A stretch of DNA of 64,000 nt, taken from contig CAVVGK010000001.1 of assembly GCA_963747755.1 (NCBI GenBank), forward strand, positions 21,024 through 85,023. Direction: 5' to 3'. The notes beneath the pieces are model-generated. The model did not search any database and was not told where the DNA came from. It saw only the letters and a program-made list of their open reading frames with translations. Origin of the DNA: an uncultured Ignavibacteria bacterium. Lineage in GTDB: Bacteria; Bacteroidota; Ignavibacteria; Ignavibacteriales; Ignavibacteriaceae. This document shows positions 56,622-64,000 of this stretch, in pieces; the stretch's first letter is position 1; the number at the start of each line of letters is the position of its first letter. The position numbers and the translations under genes were made by a program.

Positions 56622-58277
56622 ATGAAAACATTTTCACGCAGGAATTTTATAAAAACCGGAGCTTTAAGCACGGCTGCCGTTGCCGCTTCCTCATCTCTTT
56701 TCACAGGCTGGGCAAAACCGATTAGGATAAAGAAGGATACTGATCTCCTTTTCCGTCCTTTTCCTCATCCATGGATGCCTAAAATAGAATTCGCTTATCT
56801 TGCAGATGAAAATGAAGATCCCTTTAAATCCGGTATTCAGATAACTCAGGATGGTATATTAGTCCCGGAGGAAGCATCTGTTCAGAAATTTTCGATAAAT
56901 ACCCGGTGGTTTATTGAAAATTTTGGATATATAATGCTCGGCGCGGATAACGGAGGGGAATATTATTCTGCAGATGATAATTACGGACAACTGAACCTTA
57001 ATTTTGAATTTGCCAAAACCAGGGTTGTAAGGAATCGGGATGTCAAAGCAAGATATGGAAAATCCGGGACTCAATTCAGTCCGGAAGTCAATCATCTTGT
57101 GAATCTTTCAGAAGAACTATTTGAAGCTGCTAAAAAGAAACAGAGTGATGCGGAAAAATGCGCTCAGATTTCCGATAAAGCATTGGAGTACGCTCTGTGG
57201 GCAGGAGAAAAAATAGAACTTGAAAGAGCAGGCAGCGAGATCCTGAGAATGAACAGAAAGGATCCATTCCATTTCGGATGCGAAAGCCGGCAGATGATCT
57301 GGGCAAAATCCGAAGAATTTGTAAAGCGCTTTCCTGAGATATTTAATTTTGCAACCGTAACTCACTATGTATGGGACAGCTGGTACGAATTATTCGAGCC
57401 GACCGAGGGACATTACAACTGGGGTGTTAAAGACGATATAGTGGATTTCCTCATGAAGAATAACATTGAAATCGAAGGAAGACCTTTATTCTGGTTCCAC
57501 CCTACTGTTACCCCGGATTGGCTTAAGACCAAAAATTATGACGAACTTAAGCAATACATGGAAAAGCATATCTATGACCTTGTGACGCATTATAAAGACA
57601 ATGTGCTTTCGTGGGAAGTATTTAATGAGTATCACGACTGGGCAAATATTTTTAATCATACCCCTGAACAGATAACCGAACTGACACGGCTTGCATTTGA
57701 CAGGACAAAGGAAGTGAACCCAAAAGTTACCAGGATACTGAATAACTGCTGTCCCTGGGCGGAATACGCTGCCATGGGCAGGATGGCAAGGATGGATGCG
57801 ACACGGCCGCTTCGTTCACCGAGAAAGTACATTGAAGACCTTACAAATGCCGGTGTTGATTTTGATGTGCTTGGAATACAAATTTATTTTCCGAGAAGAG
57901 ATTTATCGGATATTGTAAGACTGATTGAACGACTTGAGAAATTCAATAAGCCGATCTATATTACTGAACTCGGCGCCTCATCAGGTTATTCAATGGAACA
58001 TATTATGGATGGTTCAATGAAAATCTCCAGCGATCCGTACGAATGGCACAGGAGATGGGATGAGGATCTGCAGGCCGACTGGCTGGAGCAGGTATATACA
58101 CTTTACTACAGCAGGCCTTCTATTAAAGCCGTTAACTGGTATGACTTTTCAGATTTCAGACCGTTTATAGTGAATGGCGGTATTGTGAGGGAGGATATTT
58201 CCCCTAAAATTTCATTTGATAGATTAAAAGAAACACTATCCTCCTGGAACAGGCTTCCCGGGGAAAAAGGAATATAA
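56622..58277 (+). CDS. GH10-like hydrolase paralogue 4, Tat-exported
   Basis: Twin-arginine signal SRRNFIKTGALSTAAVAAS. It carries WEVFNEYHDWAN, IYITELGASSG and LNNCCPWAEY. Confidence 0.65.
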   Translation: MKTFSRRNFIKTGALSTAAVAASSSLFTGWAKPIRIKKDTDLLFRPFPHPWMPKIEFAYLADENEDPFKSGIQITQDGILVPEEASVQKFSINTRWFIENFGYIMLGADNGGEYYSADDNYGQLNLNFEFAKTRVVRNRDVKARYGKSGTQFSPEVNHLVNLSEELFEAAKKKQSDAEKCAQISDKALEYALWAGEKIELERAGSEILRMNRKDPFHFGCESRQMIWAKSEEFVKRFPEIFNFATVTHYVWDSWYELFEPTEGHYNWGVKDDIVDFLMKNNIEIEGRPLFWFHPTVTPDWLKTKNYDELKQYMEKHIYDLVTHYKDNVLSWEVFNEYHDWANIFNHTPEQITELTRLAFDRTKEVNPKVTRILNNCCPWAEYAAMGRMARMDATRPLRSPRKYIEDLTNAGVDFDVLGIQIYFPRRDLSDIVRLIERLEKFNKPIYITELGASSGYSMEHIMDGSMKISSDPYEWHRRWDEDLQADWLEQVYTLYYSRPSIKAVNWYDFSDFRPFIVNGGIVREDISPKISFDRLKETLSSWNRLPGEKGI

Positions 58278-58279
58278 GA

Positions 58280-59428
58280 ATGACTTCTAAAGAAAGAATA
58301 TTAACTGCGATGCGCAGGGAAAAAGCAGACTATGTACCTGTAAGTCCCGACATTTCAGTAATGGTGCCTGACCGCCTTGACGGCAGACCCTTTTATGAAA
58401 TACATCTCGACGGCAGAGAGCATAATGGATGGACATCTGCCACACACGCCGAAGTTTATGTAAAAGCAATACAGCATTTCGGAATGGACGGATTTTATAT
58501 GTACGGCGGACTTAAACAGATTGGTCCCGAAAACCGTCCTGAATTCGAAAGCAGAATTATTGATGTTCCCGAAGGAAAACTTGTTGAAAGAATCTGCCGT
58601 ACCTCTAAAGGTGACTTAACTGAGAAGGAAATGTATTTTGCGGATGAACCGCCGTGGCGGGAGGAAAAACCGATTAAAGACCTTGAGTCTGATTTCGAAA
58701 AGTTTCAGCTGCATATGGGAATAGGGGACTGGAAATGGGAGAAGGAGTATAACGACAGGCACGTTATCGGAGACCTCGGAATCTATATGGGAATGACACC
58801 CGTTTTCCAGGATTGGTGGTTCCACTTCAGGCAGGGCGGGTTTGAGCAGTGCTTCATGGATTTTATGATGGAAGCCGAATATATGGATAAAGTACATGCA
58901 TTCTGGATGGAATGGGCGCTAGCAAATGTTAAAGCTATGCTCGAAGCTAAACCTGATGTAATAATGCTGGGAGGGTCCAGTGCCAGTCTTAGTGTAAGCT
59001 CCCCTGATATATTTAAAAAATATGAACTGCCTTTTATTCAAAAAGCATCTGCACTTTGTAAAGATGCCGGTATAATATCTCATCTTCATATATGCGGGAA
59101 AAGCTGGCCTCTGATAGAAATCGTTGCGAAAGATAGTGATCTGACTTCTATGGAACCGATGGAAGAACCGCCGACCGGAAACGTCGACCTGGCACAAGTC
59201 AAGAAGATTCTTGGTGATAAACTGTGCATTAAGGGAAATATTAATACAACAGAATTTATGATGACTGCGACGCCGGCCGAAGTTGAAGATAAATGCAAGC
59301 GCCTGATTGATACTGTCGGTTACGACGGGGGATTTATTCTTTCAACCGGGGATCAGTGCGGCCGGGATACCCCCGATGCTAACCTGTTTAAGATGGTTGA
59401 AGTCGCCAAAACATACGGCAAATACTAA
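58280..59428 (+). CDS. Uroporphyrinogen-decarboxylase (URO-D) fold family protein, MtaA/CmuA-like
   Basis: The N-terminus is SKERILTAMRREKADYVPVSP and the C-terminus is GGFILSTGDQCGRDTPDANL. The length is about 380 aa. No haem-pathway genes are adjacent. Confidence 0.6.
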   Translation: MTSKERILTAMRREKADYVPVSPDISVMVPDRLDGRPFYEIHLDGREHNGWTSATHAEVYVKAIQHFGMDGFYMYGGLKQIGPENRPEFESRIIDVPEGKLVERICRTSKGDLTEKEMYFADEPPWREEKPIKDLESDFEKFQLHMGIGDWKWEKEYNDRHVIGDLGIYMGMTPVFQDWWFHFRQGGFEQCFMDFMMEAEYMDKVHAFWMEWALANVKAMLEAKPDVIMLGGSSASLSVSSPDIFKKYELPFIQKASALCKDAGIISHLHICGKSWPLIEIVAKDSDLTSMEPMEEPPTGNVDLAQVKKILGDKLCIKGNINTTEFMMTATPAEVEDKCKRLIDTVGYDGGFILSTGDQCGRDTPDANLFKMVEVAKTYGKY

Positions 59429-59444
59429 ATACAGAAACGGAGAA

Positions 59445-61784
59445 ATGATGAAATTATTTACTGCGATCCTGATGAGTTTAGGATTCACTTTTAATTTATA
59501 TTCACAGTCGATCGTACTTCATACACACGATGCAAAGGTATGGGTGCAGGATCAGACTGTCACCGGAACGCTCGAAGGATTTTATGCTTCTTCAGGCAAT
59601 TTGTATTTTAACGGAACTGCAGTGTCATTCAGCGTATCCTCTTCAGATAGTTCGTTTTCCGTGGATATAACAATTCCTGAAGGAGAAAGCTCATTCTTTG
59701 CCGAAGCAGGCGGAGTTGAATCTGATACCATACATTATACGCTAGGGTATCAGCTCCGTCCTGAGGCTTTTGCGTACGCTGCAGCAGATGGACAGAATGT
59801 GACCCTTCACGGAACAATATTAAACAATCCTGGAAATCCTGCGTTAACATATCAATGGCAGGCCGACGTAGGTAATCCTGAAGTTGTTTCTCTTTCCGGA
59901 ATAAATGATACCGTTGCGGTTTTTTCTTTATCGCCTTCCTCACCAAAGGGTGAATATTATTTCAATTTTTATGTTTACTCGTCTAACGGGGATACGGTAA
60001 AAGCGGCTACTTTTATTACCAACTATACAGATTCGATCAGGGTATTTCATATCAAGGATGATTATGCAGCATGGATAGATTCTGCCGTAATATATGAGGT
60101 TACTCCTTATAATTTTGTAATAAACGGCGACTTCAACGATGTGACAAATAAAATACCTGACCTTGCAAGGCTCGGAGTAAATACTATCTGGCTCCAGCCT
60201 GTGATGGGTACGCATGACGGGGGGCAGGGATACGACATTGTAAATTATTTCTCGGTAAGGGGGGATTATGGTACAAGCCAGGATTTACATAACCTCGTTC
60301 AGACGGCGAAGTCATACGGAATGAAAGTTATGTTCGATTTTGTGCCGAACCATTCTTCCAAATATCATCCATATGCACAAAACTCTATTACCTACGGCGA
60401 AGATTCACATTACTATAATTTCTACCAGAGAGAATTAGATAATGCGCCTTACTCTCAATATTATAATGTTGACCCGGATGGTTTCATCTATTATTTCTGG
60501 AATGAGCTGGTAAATCTGAATTATAATAACCCGGAAGTTCAAAGATGGATAACCGAGGCTTGTAAATACTGGGTTGAGAACTATGACATTGACGGCTATC
60601 GCTTTGATGCAGTTTGGGGAGTCAATGCAAGGAATCCCGAATTTATGAAGAACCTGCGGCTCGCTTTAAAACGAATTAAACCAGGATTCCTTATGCTTGC
60701 TGAAGACAAAGCAACGTGGGCTTCTACATTTGATGAAAACTTTGATGTAGCTTTTGACTGGTACCCGGAAGAAAGCTGGGTTTCGCACTGGGTGTGGCAG
60801 ACTGATTATAATCCCAATGCCAATCCGACCATATTTAATTATCAGAATGAAAACCAGAGATCAAATCTTCTTCGTGAGGCAATAACAAACCATGGAAACG
60901 GGTATGTCCCTGATGCAAAGATCCTGAGATTTATGGAAAACAATGATCAGTTTCATTTCATTACTCATCATGGGCTGGCAAGGACACAAATGGTCGCCGC
61001 ACTCGAATTTACTTTGAACGGAGTCCCGCTGGTATATAACGGGCAGGAAATAGGGGTGGAGGGGCATCCTTATGAAATTGAATTCACCTTCTTTCCCGGT
61101 TTCCCGATAGATCACTCTGATCCGGATCATCTATTTCCTTATTACAAAAACCTTATACATTGGAGAAAAACATTACCGGCTTTATATGCCGGCGGGTACG
61201 AGGAGATCTCTGTAACCCCGAATCAATCTGTGTTCTCTTTTAGGAGGTATTCCGGCAGTCAGAATGTAATAACTATACTGAATATGGGTTCATCTTCAGT
61301 TGAAGTAACAGCTTCATTACCAACAGATGAAATGAATCTTGATTCAACCAGAACCTATTATCTGACGAACCTGCTTGAAGGAGATGTAATCTCAGGTACA
61401 CCCGGCGAACTTAGCACTATAAATGTTCCAATGGATAATTTCAGTGCGAAGGTTTACCTGCTTGCCGATTCTATTGTGCAGATAACCGGTAATCGCATAG
61501 CATCAAACAGAAATATTCCCGGATCTTTTGAACTCTCCCAGAATTATCCTAATCCATTTAATCCTTCTACAACAATAAGCTACAGCATCCCATCGCCCGG
61601 TAAAGTCGCTGTAAAAATATTCGATGTACTCGGCGAGGAAGTTGCATCCCTTGTAAACACAGAACAATCTGCGGGATTACATTCAGTAACTTTCAACGGC
61701 AGCCGTCTCGCCAGCGGAATGTATATATATAGGGTTGAGTATGAAGGACGTTCTTTTACTAAAAAAATGATGCTGCTGAAATAA
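59445..61784 (+). CDS. GH13 alpha-amylase-family enzyme with T9SS C-terminal sorting domain
   Basis: RBS GGAG precedes the ATG at 59445 and a signal peptide is present. GH13 regions FDFVPNHSS, GYRFDAVWG, MLAEDK and FMENNDQ are all present. The CTD is LSQNYPNPFNPSTTISYSIP...GMYIYRVEYEG...KKMMLLK. Confidence 0.85.
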   Translation: MMKLFTAILMSLGFTFNLYSQSIVLHTHDAKVWVQDQTVTGTLEGFYASSGNLYFNGTAVSFSVSSSDSSFSVDITIPEGESSFFAEAGGVESDTIHYTLGYQLRPEAFAYAAADGQNVTLHGTILNNPGNPALTYQWQADVGNPEVVSLSGINDTVAVFSLSPSSPKGEYYFNFYVYSSNGDTVKAATFITNYTDSIRVFHIKDDYAAWIDSAVIYEVTPYNFVINGDFNDVTNKIPDLARLGVNTIWLQPVMGTHDGGQGYDIVNYFSVRGDYGTSQDLHNLVQTAKSYGMKVMFDFVPNHSSKYHPYAQNSITYGEDSHYYNFYQRELDNAPYSQYYNVDPDGFIYYFWNELVNLNYNNPEVQRWITEACKYWVENYDIDGYRFDAVWGVNARNPEFMKNLRLALKRIKPGFLMLAEDKATWASTFDENFDVAFDWYPEESWVSHWVWQTDYNPNANPTIFNYQNENQRSNLLREAITNHGNGYVPDAKILRFMENNDQFHFITHHGLARTQMVAALEFTLNGVPLVYNGQEIGVEGHPYEIEFTFFPGFPIDHSDPDHLFPYYKNLIHWRKTLPALYAGGYEEISVTPNQSVFSFRRYSGSQNVITILNMGSSSVEVTASLPTDEMNLDSTRTYYLTNLLEGDVISGTPGELSTINVPMDNFSAKVYLLADSIVQITGNRIASNRNIPGSFELSQNYPNPFNPSTTISYSIPSPGKVAVKIFDVLGEEVASLVNTEQSAGLHSVTFNGSRLASGMYIYRVEYEGRSFTKKMMLLK

Positions 61785-61846
61785 GCCTGTCAGTTTCATT
61801 ACAATTTAATATATTTAAATCTCAAGCAATACTCCCGGCTGGAATA

Positions 61847-62884
61847 ATGAAAATATTTATTATAGGCGGCACCGGATTTATCAGTAAAAAAATTGTTGAG
61901 ATTCTTCTGCAGCGGGGACACGATGTTACTTTATTCACCCGCGGTAAGTCAGTAAATCCTTTTAAGCAAAACAATAGTCTTCATTTTGAAACAGGCGACC
62001 GGAATGAAAATTCAGACCTGGTGCAGGCTGTAAAAGGAAAGAATTTTGATGCGGTAATGGATATGGCTGCCTTTACACCTGAGCAGTCTGATTCTGCTGT
62101 CAAAATATTCAAAGGCAATACAGGCAGATTCATTCACTGCAGCACAGTATCGGTATATATGGTTTCAAACGATGTTAAATGTCCTGTTACAGAAGATCAG
62201 GATAAAGGCCGGCTGATGGATGATTTCCCAAGGAATCCTTTTGGAATGGACTATGGAATAAATAAGAGAAAATGCGAGGATGTTTTATGGAATGCCCATA
62301 ATCCGCATTCGTTCCCTGTTACGATGCTGCGTCCTGTTTTTGTGTGCGGACCTGAAGACAGAACACGCAGAGATTATTTCTGGATCCAGAGAATCCTTGA
62401 CGGTAAAACATTACTGGTTCCCGGTTCTGGTGATTTTGCTTTCCAGCAGGTATATGTTAACGATACAGCAAGAGCTTTCTGCGATGTTCTTGAAACGGAG
62501 GAAACTATTGGTGAAGCATATAACGTTGCATCGGAGGAAATATATTCCCTGAACGATTATATAAAGAAGATCGCGCAAATCCTTGAGAAGGACCCGGATA
62601 TAGTTCATATCGGCCAGCGGGAGTTTGATAAGCTTGATATCAGTTATTTCCCGGGAGCAGATGTCTTTCCATTTAATACAAGAAGAACAGCTGTGTTTAG
62701 TCTTGATAAAATAAAGAATCATACCGGGTTTAAATCTACTCCCTTTTCTGAATGGATGCCGCTTACTATCGACTGGTATACCAAGAATGTGAAGAATTCT
62801 TACGGGTATGATAGAAGAAACCGGGAACTTGAGATTGCAGAGGAATGGCGGAAGGCAACTGATGCCGCTAGAACGAAATTTTAA
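61847..62884 (+). CDS. NAD-dependent epimerase/dehydratase (extended SDR)
   Basis: It has the Rossmann motif IIGGTGFISKKIV and is 345 aa long. Confidence 0.8.
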   Translation: MKIFIIGGTGFISKKIVEILLQRGHDVTLFTRGKSVNPFKQNNSLHFETGDRNENSDLVQAVKGKNFDAVMDMAAFTPEQSDSAVKIFKGNTGRFIHCSTVSVYMVSNDVKCPVTEDQDKGRLMDDFPRNPFGMDYGINKRKCEDVLWNAHNPHSFPVTMLRPVFVCGPEDRTRRDYFWIQRILDGKTLLVPGSGDFAFQQVYVNDTARAFCDVLETEETIGEAYNVASEEIYSLNDYIKKIAQILEKDPDIVHIGQREFDKLDISYFPGADVFPFNTRRTAVFSLDKIKNHTGFKSTPFSEWMPLTIDWYTKNVKNSYGYDRRNRELEIAEEWRKATDAARTKF

Positions 62885-62905
62885 TATATAAACCAGGTGA
62901 TTAAA

Positions 62906-64000
62906 ATGGAAACATCATTAAAGCATCTGATTGAAAATGAAGTTGAGAAAAATAACGGAATATTACGGCTTGAACCTGCCTGGGTGGCAAGAAATTTTAT
63001 CCCGCCGGGTAAAAGACTGGGACTGCCGGAGGACCAGTATCATCTTGGTGACCGCGGCGGAATATGTGAAAGATGGATTGGCTCCACTACCAGTGCGGAT
63101 AATAAGGTCGGAGTTCCTCACGAAGGATTAAGTTTTCTTAAGCTGAATGACGAAAAAAAGATAACACTTAAGGATGCGGTAGATTCATTCCCTGAACTTA
63201 TACTCGGGAAGGAATATTCCCGCAATCATAAAGGATTAAAGAGACTGGCCAAAATTTTTGATTATCATGACAGGCTTCCATATCACATCCACCAGATGCA
63301 GCACCATGCTTCACTTGTAGGCAGAAATTCAAAGGATGAAGCTTATTATTTTCCTGAAGGAGTCGATACCGGCAGACACGCAGAAACCTTTTTCGGCGTA
63401 CACCCGCATATAGCAGAATCGAAAAATTATGAAGTACTCCTGCCTCACCTGGTTGACTGGAAAGATGATAAGATCCTTAAACACTCTTTTGGTTATACTC
63501 AGTATCCCGACGATGGATTTCACGTACCATCGGGAACCCTTCACGCACCGGGAACCGCCTTGACTATTGAACTGCAGGAGGATTCCGATGTTTTTGCTAT
63601 GATGCAGGCGAAGGTGGGGGATACACTTATCTCAAAAGAACTTCTGTGGAAAGATGTGAGGAAAGAAGACAGGGAGAAGTATGGCGAAAGAATAATCCTC
63701 GAAATGATAAACTGGGAGACAAGCGGTGATCCGGAATTTTATAAACACCGGCATACACCACCCATTCTAATAAATGAAACCAAAACGGATTCAGCGGAAG
63801 AATACTGGATTTTCTATAACACGGCTAAGTTCAGCGGTAAGAAGCTTATCATAAATCCCGGCGGAAGCTTTAACAGCAAAGACAACGGAGTGTATAACGT
63901 TCTTGTATGGCAGGGGAAGGGTAACTTCGGAGGACAGGAAATAGCAGCAAGGAATACATTCTCAGGAAAGTACGATCTTGATGAGCTTTTAGTTTGTCTC
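62906..64000 (+). CDS. Class-I phosphomannose-isomerase-like cupin (putative sugar isomerase); 3' end lies outside the window
   Basis: This ORF is not in the supplied track because it has no stop. My manual translation from ATG 62906 is open for 365 codons to the window edge. Cupin-type metal motifs are LPYHIHQ...KDEAYYFPEG and GFHVPSGTLHAPG. Confidence 0.5.
   Translation, partial: METSLKHLIENEVEKNNGILRLEPAWVARNFIPPGKRLGLPEDQYHLGDRGGICERWIGSTTSADNKVGVPHEGLSFLKLNDEKKITLKDAVDSFPELILGKEYSRNHKGLKRLAKIFDYHDRLPYHIHQMQHHASLVGRNSKDEAYYFPEGVDTGRHAETFFGVHPHIAESKNYEVLLPHLVDWKDDKILKHSFGYTQYPDDGFHVPSGTLHAPGTALTIELQEDSDVFAMMQAKVGDTLISKELLWKDVRKEDREKYGERIILEMINWETSGDPEFYKHRHTPPILINETKTDSAEEYWIFYNTAKFSGKKLIINPGGSFNSKDNGVYNVLVWQGKGNFGGQEIAARNTFSGKYDLDELLVCL

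Noticed and set aside
59307-59444. Upstream extension of the GH13 gene given in the ORF track (start 59307)
   Set aside because: It overlaps the last 120 nt of the URO-D-like gene. The ATG at 59445 has a GGAG RBS and is followed by a signal peptide.

Overview
This is an AT-rich 64-kb window from a Gram-negative bacterium of the FCB group. It looks Ignavibacteriota/Melioribacter-like, judged only from six secreted proteins ending in the T9SS sorting domain (SQNYPNPFNP...YYYR...KKMxLLK), BNR-propeller cargo proteins and a TonB-dependent receptor with no SusD partner. All family calls come from motifs read by eye; no database search was run.

Layout:
- 1-19 kb: T9SS-secreted BNR/Asp-box propeller proteins (one frameshifted), a GH20 hexosaminidase, a TrmB-type regulator and a GH92 alpha-mannosidase. 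This is an N-glycan/mannoside-type gene set.
- 19.3-64 kb: 31 consecutive plus-strand genes forming one very large glycan-utilisation locus. It starts with a LacI regulator and two perfect LacI-type palindromic operators. It then carries an ABC sugar importer without an ATPase, envelope proteins of unknown function, a TonB-dependent receptor with two uncharacterised partners, ribokinase and ribose pyranase, several oxidoreductases/isomerases, GH42, an MFS transporter, four tandem GH10-like paralogues with an unrecognised N-terminal domain, a URO-D-fold protein, a T9SS-secreted GH13 amylase, an SDR epimerase and a truncated PMI-like cupin.

I recognised no rRNA, tRNA, CRISPR array, transposase, integrase or defence genes.

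The most unusual non-coding content is:
- Two paralogous mosaic tandem-repeat arrays (8.39-9.06 kb and 18.50-18.99 kb), rich in nested complementary segments. They sit in direct orientation around the TrmB/BNR/GH92 segment. Array B is embedded in duplicated remnants of the GH92 3' end.
- An intergenic region upstream of GH92 with two interleaved perfect inverted-repeat pairs and an 11-bp phased tandem repeat.
- A cytosine-free octamer microsatellite at 1.3 kb.

The most unusual coding content is the four GH10-like paralogues, the SusD-less receptor triad and the oxidoreductase/TIM-barrel pair.
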